Assembly: GCA_001643675.2 (NCBI GenBank)
Contig: LSRY02000018.1
Location: 1,240,001-1,304,000, forward strand
Direction of reading: 5' to 3'
Source of the DNA: Monocercomonoides exilis PA203
Taxonomy: Eukaryota > Protista > Preaxostyla
Length of the DNA stretch: 64,000 nt
The translations under genes were made by a program, and so were the position numbers. Shown in pieces: positions 38,149-50,603 of this stretch (positions are counted from its first letter, which is position 1; the number at the start of each line of letters is the position of its first letter). The notes below the pieces were generated by a model. It saw only the letters and a program-made list of their open reading frames with translations, did not search any database and had not been told where the DNA came from.

Positions 38149-39110
38149 CTTAGAGATTTTTTTCAATTTATATTTTTTTTTTCATTTTTCCTCTTCCTCC
38201 TCTTCGTTTTCATTATTTCTTCTTGTTCAACTTGCATTCCATATGCATCACATCAAATGTAATTCAAGTTCTGTTTAAAAATCGATTGGATCAACAAACA
38301 TCTTCCTTCAAAGAGATAAGTGTGAAATGACTTTCAATTTGCTTCTATTTTTTTAAGCTGTTATTTCTGCACAGAGTTACTGATTGTCACTATTTCTGTG
38401 TTTGTGTTTTTGAAATTTTTATTTTATTTTATTCATTTTTTTGTTTGTTTGTTTTGTTAAAATGATTCATTTTCTCCTCTAAATTCATTTTTGAGGTGTT
38501 GTCGTGTTGTTGAAGAAATGAATCATATTTTTTTTTTATTCAGAAATATTATTGTTTATCAATTTTCAGTCAGAAGAGAAACATTTATCTGACAAAAACA
38601 GCCTCTTTTTTTCATTTTTTCCAATCAACTGTATTTTTTTGTATTCTTCTTGCATTGCTTCTTGTTTCTGTGTTATTTGTTGATCCAATCAGATTCCTAC
38701 AAAACTTCAATTTTTTCTGGAAATTCTTTTAAAAATATTAAAAAAAAAGTTTTTTTTTCTGATTTTTGAATAAACTAAATTTCAAACCTTGAGTTTCAAT
38801 TGTTATTTTTTAAACTTCTTTTTCTTCTTTGTTATATGAGTCATTTCAATAAGTTTTCATTCACAACATTGAAAGCAAATAAATAATAAAATGAAGCAAG
38901 ACAAATCATTATTATTTTCTATTGGAAGCTGTTTGGTGTAAATACAACAAGACATTCACTCCCATTCAACACAAAGAAAAAGAAACGAAAAATGAATTTT
39001 AAAAGATATGATATCAACGCAAACAAGAATAACACGCAAGTGGAAAAAGAAATTAAATGTAATGAGAAATTTGGAAATGTGTGTGATTTATGCCTTCTTT
39101 TTTTCATTGT

Positions 39111-40150
39111 TCATTCAACTTTTATCTTTTCGTTCTCGTCTTTTGTCTCGGATTTCTCTGCTTTCTGCTTTTCCTTCTCTTTTTGATATATTACCAATAA
39201 TTCAGAGTCCATTCTTTCGCGTCGTACCAAATCTCTACTCAGTTTTAATTCAAGCATTTTCCTTCTATATGCAACTTCAATCTCTTCTTTTGTACTTTTT
39301 TCACCTCCTTCTGTGTCTTCTTTCAAACAGCTTCGGTAGAAAAATGACGCAATACGCCAAAGTATCATTCCCCATACCCAAACCACAAATGATAATGTTG
39401 TTATAAAAAGAGCTAAATTGCTCACAAAGAATGGATTAGGTAACGATAGCAAAGGGGGATAATCGTTAATTGGAAAATAGTAGCAGCAATGAGCATCAGG
39501 TGCGCTTCCAGTATTTGAATGATGTGCAGGCCAGCTTGTAAGATCTCGTGAAGTGTTTGTGCATTCTCCTGTTCTATAAAACAAAAAACAATGTTTTGTT
39601 GAGAATAATGAAATTAAAGCAAACGTTTCTTCTGTTATGACCCTATTAGATCGTATTTTTCGATTCATTTTATCCGTGCTCCAGTATGAAACATTAAAAA
39701 GATGTTTACATATTTTTTGAGTTGAATCTTACAAAAAATTACAATTGTAATATCAAGAAAAAGATAAGTATAAACCCGTTCCCAGAGGATCTGAATCCGT
39801 TTTGTTGAAATAAGCTTTTAGTGTGCACTCAGTTTTTTTCATCTTCATTCTAACAATAAATTTTTTAAAAATGAATTCGAATTTGCAAAAAAATTCGAAG
39901 TTAAGTCAACCTATATTTTATTGTGTCAGCAAAATCGATCCAAGTATCACGTACACACACAAAAGCGACTATTGAAACTTTTATAATTAAGAGAATAATC
40001 AGAATAAGGAAAATGTTTGTGATGTTTTCAAACCTGCAACAAACAAAAACATTCGACGAACTCCATATTTCTTTTGCTTTTGTTCTCCTTTTTTCTTCTC
40101 TAAAAATATTAATTAAGTGGCAATTTATAATATTCAATCGCAACATACCC
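39111..40150 (-). CDS. hypothetical small multi-exon membrane protein
   Basis: Last exon open with TM-like ALFITTLSFVVWVWGMILW and charged tail; upstream exon-like pieces at ~39780-39850 and ~39920-40010 (second hydrophobic segment); start uncertain. Confidence 0.45.
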
Positions 40151-40861
40151 ATATAACGCAAAACCTTGGAAAAAGAATCTTTGTGAGAAATAAAAAAAAT
40201 TATATAACCATAACCTTTTATACTTCAAAAATTTTTTATTCGAAAGGAAAAAAGTTATTAAAGTATTTTATCATTTTTAGCAGAAAAAAAATCTCATTTG
40301 ACAAAACAGTTAATCAAAATCTGCATGAGAGAAAATATCGAATCATTTGAATTCATTTCGAATAAGAATAAAATTCTTCTGATATTTGTTTGATTTTTTT
40401 TTATATAAAATACATATAATATTTTTTTATTCTTTGTGTTTTCCTTTTTAAATTATTATTATCTTTATCTTTTTTGGGATTAAATCATAAAAACCATTCC
40501 GTTTTAGGAAAAATTTCCCATCTAAAGATTTGTTTCGAAAAAAAAAAATTGAAAAATGTGTACTGTTGCATCATAAATCGAAATTACTATCTAATTTTTA
40601 TCTCAAACACTTGGTTTTGCAAATAAATCATGCATTCAGCATCAGAATGATAAATATCTCAAAAAGACAAAAATCCTTTTCATAAGAATCACACAAAAAA
40701 TATTTTGTGTTCAAAAATAATCACACATATTTTTTTCTCCAAATTATAGACCAGAATCAAAAAGTAAAAAAAGAAAAAGCAAAGATGAATAATATTTAAA
40801 ACGACCATCATGAAAATAAAAGCATATAAAAATTTGATAAATAATTAATTTGTACCAAATA

Positions 40862-41257
40862 CAGATATCGCATATAATTCAGGACATCGCACAAAATACC
40901 GTACAAGATCGATTTCACAATAACTGCAAGAGGAATAATTCTGACAATTTTCCTCAAAATACATCTCTTCAATACAAACTCATTTGAAATACAAAACTTT
41001 CAAAATAGCTTCATTTGAGCTCAGAAAAATTAATGTCGAAATTTCGGAAAAATAGGTTGTTGAGATTCTTCGATATTTCATTAATAATTTTTTACTTAGC
41101 TCAAATGAAGCTATTTTGAAAGTTTTGTATTTCAAATGAGTTTGTATTGAAGAGATGTATTTTGAGGAAAATTGTCAGAATTATTCCTCTTGCAGTTATT
41201 GTGAAATCGATCTTGTACGGTATTTTGTGCGATGTCCAGTATTTTATGCGATATCTG
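40862..41257. mobile_element. hairpin MITE family A, copy 2 (396 bp, opposite orientation to copy 1)
   Basis: TA|CAGATATCG...CGATATCTG|TA; near-perfect arms; spacer is the reverse complement of the copy-1 spacer. Confidence 0.92.
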
Positions 41258-41788
41258 TATAATTTTTGCTATTTTTTTTTAACTTTATTGCAAGTTTTGG
41301 ATGGAAAACAATACCAAATATCTTTCAAAAGAATATTTTAATTTTTCATAATTACAATTTCAAACATTTACGTCTTTCCATTTGGAAAGTTACAAATGTT
41401 TAATTGTCGATCAATTTTTTTTGATTTCATTTCTTGATCGGATTTCATTTCTCGCTCACAAAACTTCACAAAAATAGAAGCTATCACTTGACAATGAAAT
41501 AATATTCTTTCAAGAGAAGTTTGCAAGCAGAAAAATGAATTAGATCAAGAAAAAAATTTTTATTTTTTTAGAAAATTAAACATTGAAGTCTTTTATTTTT
41601 GAAAGAATAACACATTTTTGAACTCTATTGAATTGTTTTGTTTTCGTGCGAAATCTTTGAAAAATTTTTTTCATTTTTTAAAGAAAAATATTTTCATTTC
41701 ATAAATATAAATTAATAATTATTTTGTAAAGATAATTTTTTATTTAATAATTAAATGAAAATGAAAATTTGAATATTCACGTCTAAAT

Positions 41789-42028
41789 GGGAAATTATTT
41801 TTGAAAAGTCGCAAATGTTTAATTTTCAAATAAATAAAAATTTTCATATTTTTATGAAATTTTTGTATGCGAACATCAAACATCACAAATATGGAATCTA
41901 TTTCTGGACAATGCTATTTCAAACATTCTTAAGAAGATTAGTGAGCTGAAACAGAAATTTGAATTAAATATGAATATTTTGATTTACTTAGAAATTAAAC
42001 ATATGCGACTTTTCAAAAAGAATTACCA
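41789..42028. mobile_element. 240-bp MITE family C with ~80-bp imperfect TIRs and 4-bp AAAT TSD
   Basis: AAAT|GGGAAATTATTTTTGAAAAGTCGCAAATGTTTAATT ... AATTAAACATATGCGACTTTTCAAAAAGAATTACCA|AAAT. Confidence 0.7.
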
Positions 42029-43462
42029 AAATATTCATTTCAATTCATCAAAATTCACCTCAACAGAACAAAAAACATTTTCAAGTGTATTTCCAAAGTT
42101 GTGAATTTCAAAGAGTTAGTTTGAAAATTTGATGAAAATGTACTATTTTCATTTGCACTCTTAATTTTTTTTTAAGAAACTGTTCAAAATTATTTTGTAT
42201 TATGACTGCAAACTGGGTGCTTATTCCTTTCCCGCAAAAATACCTTTGATTACAAAAATAAACACAAATTTTTGCATGAAAAATGCTTATGACTTTTCTG
42301 AGTTATTTATAATGAAACTGATTTTTCTGAATTTTTGATTGAATGCGACATATTCACCGGTTGTTCTGATAGAATAAAAAATACTAATAATTCGGAAATT
42401 AAATAAATCGAATAATTTTTGTCATTGTTGAAATAAATAGACACGAAACTCGGACTTTTTCGAGTTTGAAACTTTTGAATTGGATATTCAATGTTTTATT
42501 TCTTTATGAGTTTTTCACAGACATGAAAATTTCAACAAATATTGGTTATTATTTTTGAAATCATATATTTTCACCAAGTTTAGTCAGTTTTAAAATATAT
42601 CCCATGTCATATTTCATGGACACTGAAATCTGGAAACACCAAAATATGAAATTTTTGTATTTGTTTTTTCTCCAACAATGGCTTTTGTTTCAATTGCAAT
42701 TTTATTTACCATCAAAATGCAATTTTTAAAGACAGAATCAAAGAGTTTTTGAAAACGTCAACTCTTTCAAAAAATGTTTAATTACAAAAAAAAATCTCTC
42801 AAATTATTAAAAAACTTAAAAAATATCAATTGTTATTGAAAAACGAAAATTATTTGAATTAAACTGCAACATATTTTTGATTTTTTTTATTAATCGAGGG
42901 ATTAATGAAATCATTAGTGTCAACCATGAGAGGATAACGAATGAACAACGTATTCTCTGAAAACGCTTCTTTTTTATAACAATAACGAAAACCATTTTTC
43001 CATAACCGTTTCAAATAATGATGAATCGCATTCACGTCAATTACGTATTTTGTTGATTTTTTTTGCAAACATTAATAAATGACATGAATCTCTCTCTCTC
43101 TTTTTTTAAGATAAAACATCAATCAAAAAAAACTTTGAATCATTTTTTCCCTAAATTTTTTAGTATTGATTTCTTTTTTACTCCTGCTGAATGATTTTAT
43201 AATTAATTTTTTTCAAAAACAAAGGAGATTCTTTGAGTCTTTTTTTCATATCATATTTTTTCTTGAAAAAAGGAATTCTTTATGTAATTTTTTTGAAATA
43301 TTCAATTTTCAAATAGTATTTGAATGAAGTTAAATATTTGTGAAAAGAGAAAATTTAATTTCCCGAAAAGAAAAAGTGTGTCAGTGAAATAATTAGCTAC
43401 TTCTCATCCCAAATAAATCCCCCACTTTCTTACTCTAATCTCTCCTCTCATGATACACTTTC

Positions 43463-45826
43463 TCAGTAAGTCAGTGAAGCAAATGCAGAGATGACTTCCT
43501 CGTGAAGTTCCTTGTAATACTGCCTGGCTTTGTCTTCATCCTCAACTTTAGATACATTCACCATTTTCATCATAGACAGCTTGGCAATTGTATCAGGCAT
43601 GTGCTGCTTGATGGCCATGAAAGTGGCTTTGTGCTCTGTTTCTCCCAAAGCAGATGCGGCAGAAGAAGAAGCAGCAGGTGCTCCAACAGTAACAGCCTTC
43701 TGAGCCAAGTCGTGATAAGTTACAATGTTCCTAATCATAGCAATGGTCTTCCACAGTGGGCAGTATCTATCGTAGTCTGTGTAGCTGTTCTGTTGCAAGA
43801 AATCTTCTCTGATCATTTTCGCCACATCCAATGTAACTTTTCCTGCTTCATCCAATGAATCTTTACCGACCAACTGCACAATTTCGCTCAAAGCATCTTC
43901 TTGTTGCAAAATCTCGTGGCATTTTGTTCTCAGGTGAATGAATTCGGGATCCAACGACTCGTAGAATGGTTCGAGTGCTCTTTCGTACTTCGAATATGAC
44001 TTGAGCCAGTTGACAGATGGGAAATGCTTTCTTTGAGCCAACTTCTTATCCAGACCCCAGAACACCTGCACAATGTTCAGTGTGGATGTGGTAACAGGAT
44101 CTGAGAAATCACCACCAGGAGGAGACACAGCACCCACAATTGTGACTGAACCTTCACGAGACGATGGGCCAGCACGCTGTGGGCAGCCTGAGGAACCAAG
44201 GCATCTGACACGCCCTGCTCTCTCGTAGAAAGTAGCCAGACGAGCTCCCAGATAGGCAGGATAACCAGAATCTGCGGGCATTTCTGCCAGACGCCCTGAA
44301 ATTTCTCTCAAGGCTTCGGCCCAACGCGAGGTGGAATCAGCCATCATAGCCACGTTCATACCCATATCACGAAGATATTCAGACAGAGTGATACCAGTGT
44401 AGATAGAAGCTTCACGAGCAGCCACAGGCATGTTGGATGTGTTGGCAATCAGTGTTGTTCTGTTCATGACACCGACTTCCTCTCCTTTCACGTGAATGGT
44501 CAGTTCTGGGAAATCCAGCAACACTTCAGCCATTTCATTACCACGTTCTCCGCATCCCACATAAATAATAGCATCTGAGTTAGAGTATTTGCTAAGTGCC
44601 TGAGAAATAACAGTCTTTCCGCAACCGAACGCACCAGGAATGGCACAGGTACCTCCTTGCACCACAGGGAACAAGCAATCCAACACTCTCTGGCCAGTCA
44701 ACAGTGGGTTTCTACCAGGAAGTTTCTCGGCAACTGGACGTGGTTTACGCACAGGCCATTTGTGGGCCATGGTGTATGAAAAGACTTTGCCCATAAACTC
44801 AACCTCAACAACAGGGGTTTCAAGATCGTATTCTCCTTCTTCAACAATGTTCACGATCTTTCCCATGCACAACGGTGGAAGCATGATAGAATGAACCATA
44901 AGTTTGTTCTCTTGAACCCACCCGATAATATCACCTCCAGTAACATTATCGCCAACCTTCCAGTTGTTTGGATGGAATTCCCAGGTTGATTTTGGATCAA
45001 GAGCAGGTGTATTAACACCACGTGGAATGAAAATGCTCTTGGCCAAATCTGCAATACGTTCCATAGGTCTCTGAATACCATCGTAAATTTGGCCCAAAAG
45101 ACCTGGACCCAATTCGACTGACAAAGGTGCACCAGTTCTAAGCACTTGATCTCCAACAGTTAAACCAGCTGTTAATACATATCGAAAATTATAATTATTA
45201 TTATTTTAATCAATTACCAATTATTGTTAAATAACATTTCAAAATAAACCTGTATCTTCATAAACTTGAATTGTGGCTGTATCTCCTTCCAAACGAATAA
45301 TTTCTCCCACAAGCTCGCTAGATCCTACACGAACCTATAAAATATTCATGACAAATATTACCGATAAAGATGTGCCAGAAAATGTCAAAAATACAATTAA
45401 AAATATTTATTAATAAAATCGTAACTGATATTCTTGTAATTAAACGTGATCATTTCATACCAATTCATACATAGCACTACCGCTCATTGCCTCAGCAACC
45501 ACAACTATAATTATCAAATGAGGAATGATTGTTAACACACAACGATCATTTTAAATGATAAATGTTTTGAGTACATTTCAAGACAATTTCGAAACATATG
45601 AATTTCAACAAATTATTCAAAAAATAAAAAACACACCAGGCCCGGACACCTTTAAAACGCGTCCAAACAAGCTCTCCTTTTCTGTGTCTCTAATTGTTGG
45701 CCCTTCTTTCTTCGCTTTCTCCAGAATTGTTGTCTAAAATTTGTACATATAGCAAATGAATGTATTTATGAGCAAAACAAGCAATTAATAATGTTCTAGT
45801 ACGCCATTTAAAGAATAACAGACCAT
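43463..45826 (-). CDS. ATP6V1A: V-type H+-ATPase catalytic subunit A
   Basis: GAFGCGKT P-loop, [31 protein letters not shown]; upstream exons [24 protein letters not shown]...IQVYEDT; first coding exon appears to be ATG alone (45826-45824, GTCTGT donor). Confidence 0.97.
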
Positions 45827-45926
45827 TCTGCTGGAGGTGTACTTATCAATTCTACCACTATTCGTATAAAATTCTTGATCATTACAACCATATATTAGAT
45901 TCATATTTATTAAACGATCAAGAACA
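45827..45926. promoter_or_regulatory. putative bidirectional promoter (~100 bp) between V-ATPase A and the Ca2+-ATPase
   Basis: Divergent predicted ATGs at 45826 (-) and 45927 (+). Confidence 0.55.
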
Positions 45927-48900
45927 ATGTCGTACATGAAAAAGGAAGATCTATTGAAGATTATGGAGAGTAAGGATATGGCGACCTTAGAGCATTTCGG
46001 AGGAATAGAAAAGGTCATGGAAAATATTAAAACTACAACTGAAGGTCTTGACCCGAATAACCTTGACGAAGCAAATCGTTTAGAAACGTTTGTGAAATTA
46101 ATATTTTAAATTGATTATAAATAAATTTAATTCCGGCCTTTAATTATTGAATTAAAAATTCTTAAGTTACGGAAAAAATGAATTTTTGAAACCGAAAACA
46201 AAATCATTTTTGCGTCTTTGGGGAGAAGCTTTCAATGATACAACTCTTATTATTTTGATAGTACTTGCAATCATTTCTTTGATTATTGCTGGAGCCGTTG
46301 AACACATGGCAGATTTGTCTTGGCTTGATGGAACAGCTATTTTGGTAACAGTTATAATCGTAACTGGTTTGTTATAATTTATTTTAAAACATTTTCTTTT
46401 CAATATTACGTAATTCGAAATAATTATTTAAATTAATTTGAAAAAAATATAATACAGTCGTTTCTGCATGGAACACATGGTCACAAGAACGTCAATTCCA
46501 AAAATTGAATGAACGCCAGAAAGATCGTCAAATTCTTGTTCTTAGAGGTGGACAACCAACAAAAATTTCCATTTTTAATCTTCTTGTTGGTGACATTTTC
46601 ATTATCAACACCGGAGATGCCATTCCTGCTGATGGCCTTTGCATCGAATCTCATAACATATCATGCGATGAAGCTGCAATGACAGGAGAATCTGATCTTA
46701 TCAGAAAATCACCAGAAAAGCACCCATTCATGCTTTGTGGATGTAAAGTTCAAACAGGATACGGAAAAATGGTTGTTGTTGCTGTGGGAATGGAAACACA
46801 ATTTGGTATCTTGAAGAAGGCAATTATTACTGCTGCTGAAGAAAGAGAGGACACTCCACTTCAACAAAAATTAGACAAACTCGCAAAACAAATTGGATAT
46901 GTTGGAATGGCAGCAGCAGCATTCGTTCTGGTGCTTCTTATTATTTTCTGGTTGGTTCCTGCTTGCCAAGATACAACAAAATTCTCTGATGGTAAATATT
47001 GGATTTTGCTTGTTGATTACTTCACAATCGCAGTGTCCATTATTGTCATGGCTGTTCCAGAAGTATGTATTTTATTTTGAAGCATTAAATTTCGAAAATA
47101 TCGTTTTTCATTTCAAATGATTAGGGTTTGCCTTTAGCTGTGACAATTGCTTTAGCATATTCCATGGGAAGAATGCTTAAGGATAACAACTTAGTGCGTG
47201 TTCTTTCGGCCTGCGAAACTATGGGTGGTGCAACAACAATTTGCTCAGATAAGACGGGAACTTTGACTCAAAATAAAATGAAAGTTACAAGAGGATTCTT
47301 TGATGGAGAGATGGTTGATGTTGAACATGCATCTGCAGCGTCATCATCCAGCGAACCAGTGTTCAGAAAAGAATATATGGACATTTTAACAGAAGCTATT
47401 TGCTTGAATTCTTCTGCTGATTTGAAATTTACTGATACAGCAACTGAGTATCTTGGAAATGTTACGGAGTGCGCATTGCTTTTGTTCATTCACGAACAAG
47501 GAACAGATTATAAGGTTATCAGGCATAATGAAAAATTGGTTCAGACATATCCTTTCTCTTCAGACAAAAAGAGAATGACTGTCATCACTGATAAAGGAGA
47601 TAACTACAGAATATTCACAAAAGGAGCAAGCGAAATTGTTAGCGGACTTTGCAACAAGATGATCGTTAAGGCTGATGGAGGAAAAGCTGAAGAAATAAAC
47701 GAAGAGAAGAGGAAACAGATCAATGACGTTATCCTTGACATGGCTTCAAAAGGACTTCGTACCATTGCCATCGCATACAAAGATGTGCCAAAATCCGAAG
47801 TTAGCTCAATGGTATCAAAGAAAACAGCCGACGTACAAGAACAAGCAGAGCCAGTTGTTGAAGCTACTTCAACAGAATCCGCTTCGACTGAAGCAGCTTC
47901 TGAATCATCTTCTGAATCATCTTCATCTTCGAATGAAACAGAGAATAAAGAAGTTAAGGAAAGTGTAACATCTCAACCAAAATCTTCTTCATCAAGCACA
48001 GATGGAGATGCAGATGCAGAACCATCTGGACCATTTGGAGAAGAAGCTCCAGAATCTGACCTTATTCTTATTGGAATCACAGGAATTAAGGATCCACTGA
48101 GACCCGAAGTGAAAGTTGCTATGCAAGATTGCCACGATGCACACATTGTTGTTCGTATGGTTACAGGAGATAATATTATCACTGCAATGCACATTGCTGA
48201 AGAAGCTGGAATCTACGATCCAAAGGAAGGAATTGCAATGGAAGGACCAGTCTTCAGAAATCTGAGCGAAGAAGATAGAAAGAAGATATTACCTCGTCTT
48301 CAAGTCCTTGCTCGTTCATCACCAATTGATAAGCACACACTTGTTAGTGGCTTAAAGGATCTTGGCCATGTTGTTGCTGTCACTGGAGATGGTACAAACG
48401 ATGCACCAGCACTTTCAAAAGCTGATGTTGGGTTTGCTATGGGAATCACAGGAACAGAAGTTGCAAAAGACGCTTCAGCTATCATCATTACAGATGATAA
48501 CTTTGCATCAATTGTAAAAGCAGCTATGTGGGGAAGAAATGTGTATGATTCTATCAGAAAATTCATTCAATTCCAGCTGACTGTCAACGTTTCAGCCATT
48601 GTCATTGCTGTGTTTGGAGCCATATTTGCCATTACTCCATTGAGAGCTGTGCAGATGTTGTGGGTGAATCTTATTATGGATACTCTTGCTGCCTTGGCAC
48701 TTGCAACTGAGACTCCAACAAAAGAAATGTTGAAGAGAAAGCCTTATGGAAGAACAGATTCAATTATCTGCCCTTCAATGTGGAGAAATATCATTGGTGG
48801 TTCTGCTTATCAGGCCATCATCATCATTATGTGCTTGTTCTTGTGGGGACCACAAATTGTTGGACCAAATGGTGTTGATACAGATTGGAGCAAAGTGGCA

Positions 48901-49452
48901 TGCCCTCTGCTTGAAGACAAAGATATCATTGAATGCTCTCATGTTATGTTCCCAAAATCCATTTGCCGTGGCTTTTTGTTGGATCAAAGAGTACCAATCT
49001 TCTCTGAGCAGCACTTCAGCTTCATCTTCAACACATTCATTTGGCTTCAAGTATTTAATTGGATTTGCTCTCGTCGTTGCTACAACGAGATCAACTTCTT
49101 CAAGCGTATTTTCAAGAACGCTATGTTTATTCTTATTTGGGTTATTGTTGCAGCACTTCAAATTATTATCATGCTTGTGCCAGGTTTGAGAGATGCATTC
49201 ACAGTCATCCCGATCACACCTCAGTTGTGGGGATTCTCATTCTTGTTTGCCATAGTCATCGTGCCTGTTAAATTCGTCCTCCACCTCATCAAAATGCCAG
49301 ATCCATTCAATGGAGAGATTCCATTCCAAGCTGTGGAAGGTGTTCCTGCTGGTGTTTACAGCGTTGGTGGTGTGCCTCCAGAAGGTTGCACGCTCAAAAT
49401 TCCAACTGCAGACGAAATCATGGGTCGCGCTGAGAAGAAAGCTAGCGCGTAA
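45927..49452 (+). CDS. PMCA: P-type IIB (PMCA-type) Ca2+-transporting ATPase, 4 exons
   Basis: TGES, AVPE/GLPLAVT, ACETMG, CSDKTGTLT, KGASE, MVTGDN, LARSSP.DK, TGDGTND, IRKFIQFQLTVN, QMLWVNLIMDTLAALALATE. Confidence 0.95.
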
Positions 49453-50603
49453 AAATTAAGCTGAGTTTCTCTTTCTCTTCTTTTGAAAATAATAATTCTT
49501 TTTATAAATTAATCTATTCCTTCCTTTCAACTATTTATTTACTCTTCATAATTATGTACATAGCTAATTTTTAGATTGAGTCTGCGGTGTTTTATTCATT
49601 TTTGTTTGAAATATTTTTCCATCATTTTCTTTTCTTTGTCTTTGATGATCTTCCGTTCAACATACATAATCTTAGTTATTTAAAGGTAAACACATTGTTT
49701 AAGATTGAAATAGTTAGATTTCTATGCAATTTAAGAATATTGATTCAATCGTTGTGTTCAATTGTGCAACAGACAATATTCCCATAGAAATCAAGTTAAT
49801 TATATTTTCTTTATTATTTTAAGTGTACCTTTACAAAGTATTCAATGCCTTTTGATTTAATAAAACAATTTTTATGCTTTTCATCATTAAAGATGTATTT
49901 TCAATTATCTTGCTTTTCTGTTTGTAAATACATATCTTCAACTCATTTGCCCATATGAGCTGTATTTTTTATTTGAACATGTTTTGTGTTACTCTAATCA
50001 CATCACCAGTAAACCTTATCTTTCTTAATCTAACAGATAGTTTTAAAAATTCAGATTGAATTCCTTTTTTGAAAGGTCAAAGAGATATTTTATTGCATCA
50101 GATATTCTTTTGTTCTGTCAACTCAAGTCTAGTTCTGAGAATTTCTTTTGGATTTTCTTTTTGTTTTTTTCAATCAAAAAAGTTATACCAATGCTGGATG
50201 AAAGCCTTATCTATCTTTTTGTTTTTATAACATGCTTTATCAAAACGAAGAGAGGATGAAAAAATAAATAAATAAGAAAATAAATAAATAAGCAAATAAC
50301 TAAACGAAATAGCAACTGAATGCGATTCCATGCAATTGTTAGACAAAAATATCGAACATTGCATCAACAGCATAATCATCATTCCTTACAATGGATCTCT
50401 GAACAACTGAAAAACAATTTCAAAAATTTTACAATTAAATTAAATTATCAAAAAAAAATAAATAATAAAAGATAAAGAAAAATTCCATTAAATCTTCGTG
50501 AATGTGCATATAACTTCTTTTTTCTTGCTTCTTCTTCACCAAACTCTGCTAATTCCAAAGTTATAATTACAATTATTATCTTAATAATGACAAATCTGTC
50601 TAT

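Noticed and set aside
42859-43068. 69-aa ORF in the AT-rich 42-43 kb gap
   Set aside because: No ATG or motifs; it may be decayed coding sequence but cannot be supported.
44540-44570. VMA1-type intein in V-ATPase A
   Set aside because: The insertion site [11 protein letters not shown] is uninterrupted.
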